DNA of 64,000 nt from Cyanophyceae cyanobacterium. Its GTDB lineage: Bacteria > Cyanobacteriota > Cyanobacteriia > Cyanobacteriales > Laspinemataceae. The notes beneath the pieces are model-generated. The model was given only the letters and a program-made list of their open reading frames with translations. It was not told where the DNA came from and ran no database searches. This document shows positions 52,701 through 62,852 of the stretch, in pieces. Position 1 is the first letter of the stretch. Every line of letters begins with the position of its first letter. A program made the translations under genes and the position numbers. The stretch lies in contig JBBQFN010000002.1 in assembly GCA_038321985.1 (NCBI GenBank), positions 256,001 to 320,000 on the forward strand, in the 5' to 3' direction.

Positions 52701-52853
52701 TGCGATCGCTTAATTGCCGCTATTAATGCGATCGCCTCGGAATTTGCCTGTATTCTCACCGTTACCCATATGCCCCAATTCCGAGAAGCATTTCAAGCCC
52801 GCATTGAAGTCAGCAAAAATCAGAATGGATCTCAACTCAGCTTGTCTGTTTAA
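49800..52853 (+). CDS. sbcC: SbcC/Rad50 family SMC-like ATPase
   Basis: GPNGAGKS, coiled coils, zinc hook CPLC, YSGGE, LIVDEGFG. Confidence 0.95.
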   Translation: MIPLELSLKNFLSYREATLDFHGLHTACICGPNGAGKSSLLEALAWSLWGNSRAGTEDDIIHSGEMDARVDFTFQTNQQIYRVIRSRQRGQSSSLEFQVATTSEDLSRNQPENLEFRSLTEKGLRATQDKIIQHIKLDYETFTNSSYLRQGRADEFMLKRPSERKQVLATLLRLDHYDDLAEQAKDRSREAKGQVLLLEQSLASLQQRLQETMAIAQNLDQVEAQIAQGQGEVNSYRSQLQQFQQVQLQRQNWQQQIANHQDRDRQLKEDCDRTEQELKLNHRRCQELEALLKQESEIIAGYHQYQQLQAQEEVQASKFQSYQQAIQQRQQLQDQERKTLASLESQISSSQGELEYIRRQEADLVEILNKAPEVEAAIAKLQQARDRLTYLDDLHTRVKPLMTRHQTLQVELDRLRARLSARLEEIAGQIHRLEVEQDHSYVLEDSLGEVAIAIDALEKKRVYQQRVREKGLERRNFMERLMGQTSDYETQLAGVTQKIQMLQVPDALCPLCDRPLDEHHWDLVIEKQKAQEQEIINQIWVLKEQLATSDREIQILRQEYRELEEELKHYNALRERRGQLQAQIDATLASRDRLQHLTLEKQQLEQSLHTGSYAGELYSELQALEKSLQQLNYNDQDRSLALNEEKRWRWGEIKQGQIQQSQRQMTQLQGRKPELQQRLEQLQAALQAQQTNSPLQQQIALLDRHLQTIGYDPQEHNNLRGALRKAQLWLGRMEELKQAQQQYPQVEQRVTELTRQFEARSGDRASLRQQIQALHQQLQDIPDPSDRIKATEGQIQRLRSSLDSLLATKGRLQQQQQHLTALHSQSEEQRKQLQTSHRQERVYRELATAFGKNGIQALMIENVLPQLEGETNQILSRLSGNQLHVQFVTQRASRGRSKKATKLIDTLDILIADARGTRAYETYSGGEAFRINFAIRLALARLLAHRAGTSLQMLIVDEGFGTQDREGCDRLIAAINAIASEFACILTVTHMPQFREAFQARIEVSKNQNGSQLSLSV

Positions 52854-53276
52854 TCAGCAAATCCTGACAAATCCGGGTGCTTAACCTGATTCCCCAGGCA
52901 GTGGGTGACCTCTGTCTGTGGGATCTGCCTAGAGGCGATCGTATCCCTCCCCACTCTAACCTTAAAGTACCCATTTCAACGGAACAGGCGCAGGGACAGC
53001 CCTATCATTATAGCTAAATCTTTTATAGATAAAATTTGTCCAACCAGCCCATTATAAATAAGATATTCTTTGTCAAAGAAAGTAGGCTTTTTTGGCGTCA
53101 TAACATCGCTTAATCCAATCTTATATGTCCCTCTAATTCCTGGGCTTCCTCCTAAAATGCTTTATTTAAACTACTTTAATTTTATCCTTTATTTCTGGAT
53201 TTACTCTAAAATAATTGCCAAATAAAAGCGCGAGTGGCTGCAATTTCAATCGATCATACTTCTTCTAATAAGGAGT

Positions 53277-53615
53277 ATGCTCTCAAGTGACAATAACCTT
53301 AAATTTAGAATGCTGATATGAAATTTCCGGTAGAGGTCTAGAATCTGAGCAAAAAATTATACAAGCGTTTGTAGAAAATGCTAGGAACAATATCAATTTA
53401 GTTAAAAAATGTTCTGTCTCAAATGATTATTTAATTTTTTGTAATCAAGCCCATAAACTCAAAGGTTCTAGCGCTAATATAGGTTTAACTACCCTCAAAA
53501 ACATTACCGCTTAATCTCAATATCAAAAGAAAACAGGAAAATTTAACCGATGTCGAGCTGGATATAGGAACCCTGGAGAAAATTATCAAATAACTAAATA
53601 ATTATCTTTCTAAAA
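53277..53615 (+). pseudogene. Degraded Hpt (histidine phosphotransfer) domain gene
   Basis: Manual translation: ...TLNLEC*YEISGRGLESEQKIIQAFVENA...QAHKLKGSSANIGLTTLKNITA*, then frameshifted QENLTDVELDIGTLEKIIK*LNNYL. The AGGAG+ATG at 53277 is out of frame. Confidence 0.75.
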
Positions 53616-54043
53616 CATCACTCGTCTGTGATTGCTAACAATCCCTTAGATGATTTTTACCATTAATTCCAGCTTCAACCAATGACAATCCTCTCGAAAA
53701 ATTCCCTGCTACATCAGCATTTCTAAAACCTCTATTTAGCCTTAGATGATTCAGGGGAACAGAATCCCAATTTCTGGGCAAAAAACCCTTACCCCGCCAG
53801 GAAAGCATTTGCCACAAAACCCTATTACCTCCCCTTTGCAGTAGGAAAAATATAGTGCTGCAGCCTTAAGATTACTTCTTTTTTAGAGACTCTTATTGAT
53901 GCCAACCCTTCTTTTTTAAGCAGCACCCAAAAGTCTTGATGAAATTACAGAATCTTGATAAAGGTTAAAACTTTCTAACTTTTAATTCCAAAAATATTAT
54001 AAAGTAAATCTCCCAGAACACAAAGCTCGGGATGGGCCAGGAA

Positions 54044-54086
54044 TGTAACATAAGCTACATTGTTAGGACCAGAACCGGCCTAAATT
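54044..54086 (+). promoter_or_regulatory. NtcA-activated (class II-type) promoter
   Basis: TGTA-ACATAAGC-TACA (54044-59), then 22 nt after TAC to the -10 box TAAATT (54081-86). Confidence 0.7.
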
Positions 54087-54274
54087 TAAAACAGTAGCCC
54101 CTTTTAAACTTGAGGAATTGATGATAATTTTTACAAAAGTTAAAATATCAGAGGATAAAATTAAATAATAATAGGAGACAAGAAACCCCGAGTTGTGTGT
54201 GGGGTAATGTCCCTAGCCACTTTAAGGAATTAAAACCTAAACGACCCACCATAAGTATGGGTGAGGTATTGTCC

Positions 54275-57049
54275 ATGTTAAATAGTTTTTTTTTGCTTCC
54301 CCGTGTTGTCCCTACTGTTTCCCTGAGTAAGACGTTGCAAAATACAAAGATAGAAGACCCCCAGAAACGTAGCGCCTTGCTGCGGAAAGTCATCGACCAA
54401 ATCTGGCACTCGCTGGATCTCAAAACGATCCTACAGACAGCGGTGGATGAGATTGCCGCTATGCTCAATTTAGATGCCTGTAGTTTCTTGTGGTACTTTG
54501 AGCGCACGGAACGGGTGCAAGTCGTCTGCAAACGGACCCGAAAGCAGGACTTCATGGGACCAGAGGGAACAAGTCAACTTTCAGAGGTGGGATATTATCC
54601 TTTAGATATCTTTGGAAACTCTGCCAGCGCGATCGCTCAAGGAAAAATGGTGATTGGTTGCGGTCCTCTCAACGAGTCGAGTACCTTTGGTGCGATGACG
54701 CGCCTGATCGCCAATTGTCCCGTAGCGCGTCCCCCCCAACTCTTAGACAAGAGCCCCGAAAATGACGACGGGGAAAGGGACGAAACTCAGGGAGGCTCCA
54801 CACCGGGAATTTTGGATGCGCTGACAAATTTATTAGTGCCGGTGAAAGGGGAGGAGGAATGGATCGGCTTTCTCGCCTGTCTCTCACAGCAACCCCGCAC
54901 TTGGTCTACCGCAGAAGTAGAATTTGTGCAACTCATCGCTCAACAGTTAGAAATCGCTATTCGGCAGGCCCAACTTTATGATCGCGTTCAAAAACAAGCA
55001 CAAAGAGAGAGATTAGTCAACCAGATCGTCAGTCAAACTCGGCAGAGTTTTGACCTCAAAACTATATTAACTCAGGCGATCGCCCAACTGTTAGAAGCCT
55101 TAGAGGTCGATCGCTGCTTAATCCACCTCGTCGAAGATCGGGAAGACGGGGTAACGAGCGATCGTCACAGCGAAGCCAATTTCTGGAATGCCGCTAATGA
55201 TGTAGCATTCCGCCGAGAGCATTTGTTTGAAGTCTGTCGCGACCCCTTTTCCTCCTCTGTCGATGACTTTGATACCCACGGACCTATCACCCAATGGACG
55301 ATCGCCCATCGAGAAGAAGTTGTCATCTCCGATGTCAGCGAAGATCCGCGCATCGGTAAACAAAATGAAGAATACGACAAAGCCGAGATTAAATCCTCGA
55401 TGGTATTGCCCGTCCAGGCGAATGGTAAACTCCATGCCATCTTGTATATTAATCAATGTGCCCGAGTCCGGCAGTGGTCCAAACATGACCGCGAACTCGC
55501 CCGCGCCGTCGCCGATCAACTAGCGATTTCCATCCAACAAGCCTGCTTATATGCCCAAAAAAGCGCCACAATGGAGCGAGAATCTCTCTTGCGCTTAATT
55601 GGGGAACATATCCGCCGCACTTTGGATATTAACACGATCCTCCAAACCAGTGCGCGGGAAGTGCGGCAATTATTGGGGGCTGATCGCGTTGCTATCTATC
55701 AGTTTAACAAAGAAACTGCCGGAAAAATCGTTGTAGAAGAAAGTACCCAAAAAATCTGTCTGCGCGAAGCCGTCAAAGAACATGATTGCTTTTACCAGGA
55801 ATGTGCCGAACAATTGCAAGAGGGGAAACAGCCATCAGTTCGAGCTATTGAAGATCTGTATAAAACCCACTGCAACAACGAACATCTCGCCTGTTGGCAA
55901 CATTTACAAGTCCGTGCGAGTTTGAGCGTCCCGATTTCTCGGGGGAGCAAAGTGTGGGGACTACTCATTGTCCATGAATGCCATAAACCGAGAGGATGGC
56001 GGACGAACGAAATCGAACTCTTGCAGCAACTTGCCGATCAGTTGGCGATCGCCATCCATCAAGCAGAATTATATGATCGCGCCTGTGCCAATGCGATCGC
56101 CGCCGAAACCAAAGCAGCGGAATTAGAGCAAGCTTTACGACAACTCCAGGAAACCCAAGCGCAACTGATTCAAAGCGAAAAAATGTCCAGCTTGGGTCAA
56201 TTAGTCGCCGGAGTCGCCCACGAAATCAACAATCCTGTTAACTTTATTTATGGAAACCTCTCCCATGTGGATGGGTATGCTCAAGATCTATTGCAATTGC
56301 TAGAAGCCTATCAAAAATATTATCCGGAACCTGTGCCCGAACTCGAAGAAGTTACCGAAGAAATTGACCTCGATTTTCTGCGAGAAGATATGCAGAAAGT
56401 GCTCAATTCAATGAAAATCGGCGCGGATCGCATCCGAGAAATTGTCTTGTCCTTGCGTAATTTTTCACGCCTAGACCAAGCTGAAATGAAATTTGCTAAC
56501 CTTCATGAAGGGATTGATAACACCTTGATGATTCTCCAAAACCGCTTGAGAGCAAAAGCGGGACATTTAGGGATAGAATTGGTCAAAGACTATGACAAAC
56601 TCCCCCGAGTTGAGTGTTATCCCGGACAACTCAATCAGGTATTGATGAATATTATCAGCAATGGAATTGATGCCTTAGAGAGTTATAACGAAAGCCGCAG
56701 CCTCGAAGAAACTCGCCAAAACCCCAGCCGGATTACCATTCGTACCGAGTGGGTGAAAAAACAGGGACATAATGACAAGATTATAATTGCGATCGGCGAT
56801 AACGGACCGGGAATTCCACATCCTATCAAAGCGCGATTATTCGACCCATTTTTCACCACCAAAGCAGTCGGGAAAGGCACTGGATTGGGACTGTCGATTA
56901 GCTATCAAATCATCGTAGAAAAACATAAAGGGACGATTAACTGTATTTCTGAACCGGGAGGGGGAGCAGAATTTGTGATTGAAATTCCTGTCCGTCAATC
57001 AGAGAATACCATTGTTTCTAAACCCCAACTCATGGCAGTAGGTTCTTAG
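54275..57049 (+). CDS. Three-GAF sensor histidine kinase
   Basis: Three GAF units (SLDLKTILQTAV; SFDLKTILTQA; TLDINTILQT), QSEKMSSLGQLVAGVAHEINNP, DPFFTTK, GTGLGL. Start uncertain. Confidence 0.93.
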   Translation: MLNSFFLLPRVVPTVSLSKTLQNTKIEDPQKRSALLRKVIDQIWHSLDLKTILQTAVDEIAAMLNLDACSFLWYFERTERVQVVCKRTRKQDFMGPEGTSQLSEVGYYPLDIFGNSASAIAQGKMVIGCGPLNESSTFGAMTRLIANCPVARPPQLLDKSPENDDGERDETQGGSTPGILDALTNLLVPVKGEEEWIGFLACLSQQPRTWSTAEVEFVQLIAQQLEIAIRQAQLYDRVQKQAQRERLVNQIVSQTRQSFDLKTILTQAIAQLLEALEVDRCLIHLVEDREDGVTSDRHSEANFWNAANDVAFRREHLFEVCRDPFSSSVDDFDTHGPITQWTIAHREEVVISDVSEDPRIGKQNEEYDKAEIKSSMVLPVQANGKLHAILYINQCARVRQWSKHDRELARAVADQLAISIQQACLYAQKSATMERESLLRLIGEHIRRTLDINTILQTSAREVRQLLGADRVAIYQFNKETAGKIVVEESTQKICLREAVKEHDCFYQECAEQLQEGKQPSVRAIEDLYKTHCNNEHLACWQHLQVRASLSVPISRGSKVWGLLIVHECHKPRGWRTNEIELLQQLADQLAIAIHQAELYDRACANAIAAETKAAELEQALRQLQETQAQLIQSEKMSSLGQLVAGVAHEINNPVNFIYGNLSHVDGYAQDLLQLLEAYQKYYPEPVPELEEVTEEIDLDFLREDMQKVLNSMKIGADRIREIVLSLRNFSRLDQAEMKFANLHEGIDNTLMILQNRLRAKAGHLGIELVKDYDKLPRVECYPGQLNQVLMNIISNGIDALESYNESRSLEETRQNPSRITIRTEWVKKQGHNDKIIIAIGDNGPGIPHPIKARLFDPFFTTKAVGKGTGLGLSISYQIIVEKHKGTINCISEPGGGAEFVIEIPVRQSENTIVSKPQLMAVGS

Positions 57050-57082
57050 GGAGACAAACCTCTGAACCCGTCCCCCGAACAA

Positions 57083-57151
57083 AGAAATCGGCTTTCTGCG
57101 ACAGACAATTTTTGCGAATTGTCCGAAATTCAGGCAAGAAAGCCGGTTTCT
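57083..57151. repeat. AGAAA...TTTCT two-box palindromic element
   Basis: AGAAATCGGCTTTCT...AGAAAGCCGGTTTCT. Confidence 0.65.
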
Positions 57152-57189
57152 AATAATCGTGAAAATTAACCCGACTCATTGCGGAGTTT

Positions 57190-57810
57190 CTGACCCAGGA
57201 CTGGCGATCGCCGTAACTCCTGATCAATAATAAGGATGGGATAGGCTGAAATTACTCAAAGGGGATAATTCGGGAGCAAGCTGTACTGTTCCCAGTGTAT
57301 TGAGTAATTGACCCTTTTCAATGCGGATATTGTAAGAATTTAGATTCTTGTTGATTCAAGAAATTTTTTGGGGTAAACTGTTGATTGAGGAAGGATTTAT
57401 CGGGCTTAATTTCAGAGGCGATCGCCTCTAGTTCTAAGGGGACTCGGGGTAAGGCTTTAGGGTGGATGAATTCTGAGGTTCCCCTTGCCAAAACTTCGAC
57501 ATTCGATAAATGGGCTGATCTCGTTACCGCCATGCTAAATGGTAACCACTCCACCATTCCCGCTTAGGAGATACTGGCGGGGTTGGTTTACAGATTCGTA
57601 AAAACTCCCGTGGCGCGGAAAAAGCGTCCGGTGGTAATATCAACAAAACTGCCTTGGGTTGCACCTCTCGATATTGATCTAAGTGACTTGGATCAACACC
57701 AAGGTCTCAAGGGTAACATTTCTCCCGACATCGGATGTACCACTGGAATTAATTTCTCCAACAGTAATTTGAGTGGAGGCATTGACAAAGATTTCACCCG
57801 TTGCCGAAGG
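57190..57810 (-). pseudogene. Collapsed remnant of a filamentous-haemagglutinin-like + CHAT domain gene
   Basis: Three minus-strand fragments: GEIFVNASTQITVGEINSSG...VTL...IQVT*IN / VDITTGRFFRATGVFT; EVLARGTSEF...LPRVPLELEAI...SFLNQQFT; LSHPYY*SGVTAIASP. Confidence 0.75.
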
Positions 57811-58319
57811 GTACTAAGTGAGTATGACTTGGCATTAGGGAAAATTATAAGACCCCAGAACTAAACAATGGTGTCCCTGGGAATATCAAATTCAGCATCT
57901 GCTACCTCAGCAGATGCTTAAGCAATACTTTCTCCTGTTGCTTGACCTAACGCCGTGAGACGGGGCGGATGAAATTATACACTATATGTAAAAAAATTAA
58001 TACTTTATATCACGGCATATGGGGGTTAATTTAGGTATTTGGGTCAGTTCTATCCCCCGAAGTCCCAAACCCATTTTATATAATTTTAACTTATTATAGT
58101 TATTCAGAATTGCGTCTTTACTTATAAAAGAGGTTAGTCTATGATAAATGGCAACAACCTAAAGAAAACTCTATGAACCAGTTAATTCGGAGCATTTTCA
58201 GCGATTACTTTGCACTGTTGATTATTTTATTTTCTCGGAGAACTCTCTTTGCTCCCCGTCTTGATTAAGAAAAATTATCTTACTGATTCAATCCCTTTTA
58301 TCCATTGGAGGAAACTACT

Positions 58320-59669
58320 ATGAGTCAACTTTCACGACGTAGATTTTTATTCACCTTAAGCGCTAGTGCCGCCGGTTCTGTGTTGCTAAAAGGTTGTTTA
58401 GGTAATCCCCCAGAACCGACAAACAGTAGTAGTTCTACCCCCACTGTTGCTCCAGTTAGTTTGAGTCCAGAAACTACCCCAGAAACAAACACAATTAAGC
58501 TGGGTTATCTGCCAATTGTGGAAGCGGCAGCCATGATTATTGCCAAAGAAAAAGGCTTTTTTGCTAAATATGGCATGACGGATGTGGATGTTTCTAAACA
58601 AGCCAGTTGGGGAGCGGCCAGAGATAATATAGAAATTGGTTCTGCTGGGGGTGGAATTGATGGGGGACAGTGGCAAATGCCCATGCCTTACTTAATTTCT
58701 GAAGGATTAATTACTAAAAACAATGTCAAATTGCCGATGTATGTCCTGGCTCAACTGAATACTCAAGGGAATGGAATTGCGATCGCTAATATTCATAAAG
58801 GCCAAAATATTGGCTTGGATTTAAAACCTGCCAGAGACTATATTGTGGGTTTAAGCGATACCGGAACTCCGTTTACATTAGCCTATACCTTCCCCAAAGT
58901 AAACCAAGATTTTTGGGTGAGATATTGGTTAGCAGCAGGAGGAATTGATCCAGATAATGATGTGAGCTTAATTACAGTTCCGGCGGCTCAAACCGTTGCC
59001 AACATGAAAACCGGGACAATGGATGGGTTCAGTACCGGGGACCCATGGCCCGATCGGATTGCCAAAGATGGGATTGGTTTTCTTGCGGCATTAACCGCTG
59101 ATATTTGGCCTTGTCATCCAGAAGAATATTTGGCAATTCGGGCTGATTGGGTCGATAAAAATCCCAAGGCGACCAAAGCACTATTAAAAGGATTAATGGA
59201 AGCTCAACAATGGTGCGATCGGCAAGAAAATCATGGGGAACTAGCATCAATTTTATCAACCGCCAATTACTTCAATGTTCCGGCCTCAGTTATAGAAGGT
59301 GCTTTCTCAGGAAACTATAAATTAGGAGATAACTTAGCACCGATTAGTGATCGGACAAAAGCCACCTTATATTGGAAGGATGAAAAAGGAAGTGTTTCCT
59401 ATCCATACAAGAGTCACGATTTATGGTTTTTAACCGAAAGTGTCCGTTGGGGTTTCTTGCCACCCGAAACTTTAACCAATGCTAAACAATTAATCGATCA
59501 AGTTAATCGAGAAGATATTTGGAAAGAAGCCGCCAGAGAAGCAGGAATATCCGAATCCGATATTCCCACCAGCACATCGAGAGGGGTTGAAAGATTTTTT
59601 GATGGTAAGGTTTTTGATCCGGGGAATCCCCAGGCTTATTTAGATAGTCTGGTCATCAAAAAAGTTTAA
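58320..59669 (+). CDS. cmpA: Bicarbonate ABC transporter substrate-binding lipoprotein
   Basis: [38 protein letters not shown] and HPEEY fit CmpA rather than NrtA. Confidence 0.9.
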   Translation: MSQLSRRRFLFTLSASAAGSVLLKGCLGNPPEPTNSSSSTPTVAPVSLSPETTPETNTIKLGYLPIVEAAAMIIAKEKGFFAKYGMTDVDVSKQASWGAARDNIEIGSAGGGIDGGQWQMPMPYLISEGLITKNNVKLPMYVLAQLNTQGNGIAIANIHKGQNIGLDLKPARDYIVGLSDTGTPFTLAYTFPKVNQDFWVRYWLAAGGIDPDNDVSLITVPAAQTVANMKTGTMDGFSTGDPWPDRIAKDGIGFLAALTADIWPCHPEEYLAIRADWVDKNPKATKALLKGLMEAQQWCDRQENHGELASILSTANYFNVPASVIEGAFSGNYKLGDNLAPISDRTKATLYWKDEKGSVSYPYKSHDLWFLTESVRWGFLPPETLTNAKQLIDQVNREDIWKEAAREAGISESDIPTSTSRGVERFFDGKVFDPGNPQAYLDSLVIKKV

Positions 59670-59825
59670 GGCAAGCATCCATCTGTGAGAGATCGGGTTT
59701 GAACTTTTAGGGGGAGAGTCGTCATATTTGAAACTTTCCACCGACCGATCATAAATACAGACTGCTGATACCTTAATACTGACTACTGTTTAGTTCATTA
59801 ATTCAGGAAAATAAGAGGCATAATC

Positions 59826-60662
59826 ATGGCAAATATCGTCAGAGGCAAGCGGCTAAAAACGGGAAATCCTATCCTGGATTTTTGGAATAAAAACTCCCCC
59901 AATATTCTCCCACCTTTAATGGGATTTCTGGGATTTTTAATTATTTGGCAAATGGTGTCCATGATTGGTTTAATCAAACTGCCCCCTCCATCGGATATCA
60001 TTACCAATGAACGAACTCGGATTTATTTAATGTATCCTTGGTTTGACCGGGGTGGACTGGATAAAGGATTATTCTGGCAGACTTTGGAAAGTCTAAAACG
60101 GGTTTTAATTGGTTATTCTATGGCGGCAATTGTGGGCATTGGCACTGGGATTTTGGTTGGCTTAAATCCGGTTCTCAATAAAGCTCTCGATCCTTTGTTT
60201 CAATTCCTGCGAACAGTGCCACCCCTGGCCTGGGTTCCCCTTTCTCTGGCGGCTTTGCAACAAAACCAACCGGCGGCTTTATTCGTCATTTTTATTACCT
60301 CTGTTTGGCCAATTTTAATTAACACTACTGTCGGAGTCCAACAAATTCCCCAGGATTACCTTAACGTTCGTCAAGTCTTACAACTCTCTTCCCAAAAGTT
60401 CTTTTTCAAGATTTTGATTCCGTCAGCTTTGCCCTACATTTTTACCGGATTACGAATTGCGATCGGTCTAGCTTGGTTAGCGATTATTGCTGCTGAAATT
60501 GTCATGTCAGGGATTGTGGGAATTGGCTTCTTCATCTGGGACGCCTACCAAAATAACTACATTTCTGACATTATTTTGGCTCTGGTTTATATCGGTGCAG
60601 TGGGCTTAATGCTTGACCGCTTTATGGGATGGTTACAAACCGTGATCGCCCCAGGGGAATAA
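59826..60662 (+). CDS. cmpB: Bicarbonate ABC transporter permease
   Basis: DKGLFWQ, PPLAWVP, GLAWLAIIAAE; operon position. Confidence 0.88.
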   Translation: MANIVRGKRLKTGNPILDFWNKNSPNILPPLMGFLGFLIIWQMVSMIGLIKLPPPSDIITNERTRIYLMYPWFDRGGLDKGLFWQTLESLKRVLIGYSMAAIVGIGTGILVGLNPVLNKALDPLFQFLRTVPPLAWVPLSLAALQQNQPAALFVIFITSVWPILINTTVGVQQIPQDYLNVRQVLQLSSQKFFFKILIPSALPYIFTGLRIAIGLAWLAIIAAEIVMSGIVGIGFFIWDAYQNNYISDIILALVYIGAVGLMLDRFMGWLQTVIAPGE

Positions 60663-60749
60663 TCCTGAATCCATCCTGTTGTCTGGGTTTGGTCAACCTA
60701 AATCCAAACCCAACTACATTTCAATAATCCAAGAAAAATTAATGAGGGA

Positions 60750-62762
60750 ATGAATATGAGCGTCTTTGTGGCAGTAGATCAAATTGATAAGGTGTTTGAG
60801 TTAAGCAATGGCGGAGAATATATTGCGCTTAAAGGCATCAATTTACAGATTAAAAAAGGTGAATTTGTCTCTTTAATTGGTCACTCGGGTTGTGGAAAAT
60901 CAACCCTGTTAAATATGATTGCGGGATTGGATTTACCCAGTGATGGAGTGGTTGCCCTAGAAGGACAACGGATTCAAAAACCAGGACCCGATCGCATGGT
61001 TGTTTTCCAAAATTATTCCCTTTTACCTTGGTTAAGCGTCCGGCAAAATATTGCCCTCGCTGTCAATGAAGTGATGGCAGGATTGCCCGAAGGCGAAAGA
61101 AACCAAATTATTGAAGAACACATTGATTTAGTTGGATTACGTCATGCGGTAGATAAATTACCCAAAGAATTATCCGGTGGGATGAAACAACGAGTTGCGA
61201 TCGCCCGTGCCCTAGCCATCCGTCCCAAATTGTTACTATTAGATGAGCCTTTTGGGGCATTAGATGCCTTAACTCGCGGCAATCTCCAGGAGCAACTCAT
61301 GCGAATTTGTGAAGAATATCAGGTGACATCGGTGATGGTGACTCACGATGTGGATGAAGCAGTATTACTGTCCGATCGCATCGTCATGTTAACCAACGGA
61401 CCTAGCTCCAAGATCGGTGGAATTTTAGAAGTGGATATTCCCCGTCCTCGGAAACGCATGGAAGTGGTGAATCACCCCAGCTATTATATTTTAAGAAGTG
61501 AAATTATCTACTTCTTAAATCAACAAAAACGAGTCAAAAAACTACGGGCTCGGAAAGTTGATGTAATTTCTCGTCATGGCTTAGAAAAAATCAACTTGGA
61601 GATTGGTTTTGTTCCCCTCACCGCTTGCGCTCCTCTCGTGGTTGCCCAAGAAAAAGGTTTCTTTGTCAAACATGGATTAGATGAAGTTAATCTAGTTCGA
61701 GAAACCAGTTGGCGTGGTATCGTTGATGGTATTGCAGAAAACTATTTAGATGCGGCGCAAATGCCTGCCGGAATGCCGATCTGGTTCACCACTGCGGGTA
61801 ATAAAGATATCCCCTTGCCGGTAGTAACCGCTTTAACTATGACTCGGAATGGCAATGGTATCACCTTGGCTAAAAAATTCTATAATCAAGGAATTCAAAC
61901 GGCCAAAGATTTAAAAGAAGCCATTCTTAAAAATAGCGATGAAAAACATCGTTTGGGTATGGTTCATCCCTCTTCAATGCACAATATTTTATTGAGATAT
62001 TGGTTAGCTGCTGGAGGAATTAATCCGGATCAAGACGTGGAATTAAAAACAATTCCCCCGGCTCAAATGATTGTTGATTTAAAAGGTAATACCATTGACG
62101 GATATTGTGTCGGAGAACCTTGGAATTTCCGGGCAGCTATGGAAGGAGTTGGCTTTACGGTAGCCACTGATTTAGAAATTTGGCAAGGACATCCCGGTAA
62201 AGTTTTAGGAGTCCGAGAAGATTGGGCGAATAAATATCCGAATACCCACATTGCTTTGGTCAAAGCTCTATTAGAATCTTGTGCTTATTGTGCGGATGAG
62301 AATAACCATCTAGAAATTCGCAAATTGTTAGCCACTCGCAAATATTTAAGTACCGATATTGACTACATTCATTTAGGCAATCCTAATGAGATAAGTTGCA
62401 GTTTGGATCATCCCATGCGAGAATATGCTCATCATGAATTTTTTGGGGAAGGAATTAACCGTCCAATTCGGACAGAACACCTGTGGATGATGACCCAAAT
62501 GGCTCGTTGGGGTGATATTCCTTTTCCTCGTAATTGGGTGGAAATTTTAGAGCGGGTTTGTCGAGTGAATGTATTCAGCACGGCGGCTCGTGAGTTAGGG
62601 ATTGATATTGAATACCAACGCACAGGAATTAACCTTTTCGATGGAGTAAAATTTAATGATGAAAAACCGATTGAATATCTGAATAAACTACAAATAAAAC
62701 GCAATATTACGATGGCAGAAATTATTCTCGATACCCGAGAAAGAGATCCGCTTTCAGCTTGA
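60750..62762 (+). CDS. cmpC: Bicarbonate ABC transporter ATPase with C-terminal regulatory domain
   Basis: GHSGCGKS, LSGGMKQR, plus an NrtA/CmpA-like C-terminal domain. Confidence 0.9.
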   Translation: MNMSVFVAVDQIDKVFELSNGGEYIALKGINLQIKKGEFVSLIGHSGCGKSTLLNMIAGLDLPSDGVVALEGQRIQKPGPDRMVVFQNYSLLPWLSVRQNIALAVNEVMAGLPEGERNQIIEEHIDLVGLRHAVDKLPKELSGGMKQRVAIARALAIRPKLLLLDEPFGALDALTRGNLQEQLMRICEEYQVTSVMVTHDVDEAVLLSDRIVMLTNGPSSKIGGILEVDIPRPRKRMEVVNHPSYYILRSEIIYFLNQQKRVKKLRARKVDVISRHGLEKINLEIGFVPLTACAPLVVAQEKGFFVKHGLDEVNLVRETSWRGIVDGIAENYLDAAQMPAGMPIWFTTAGNKDIPLPVVTALTMTRNGNGITLAKKFYNQGIQTAKDLKEAILKNSDEKHRLGMVHPSSMHNILLRYWLAAGGINPDQDVELKTIPPAQMIVDLKGNTIDGYCVGEPWNFRAAMEGVGFTVATDLEIWQGHPGKVLGVREDWANKYPNTHIALVKALLESCAYCADENNHLEIRKLLATRKYLSTDIDYIHLGNPNEISCSLDHPMREYAHHEFFGEGINRPIRTEHLWMMTQMARWGDIPFPRNWVEILERVCRVNVFSTAARELGIDIEYQRTGINLFDGVKFNDEKPIEYLNKLQIKRNITMAEIILDTRERDPLSA

Positions 62763-62852
62763 TGGTCGGCAGATGCCTCATTATCAAGTTTAATGAGGCT
62801 CTGCCGTTCTGTATCTCTCAATGACTCATTTGTAAAATAGGAGAAATTAGCC

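Noticed and set aside
57583..57864. 93-aa plus-strand ORF
   Set aside because: Antisense shadow of the minus-strand haemagglutinin-like pseudogene fragment.
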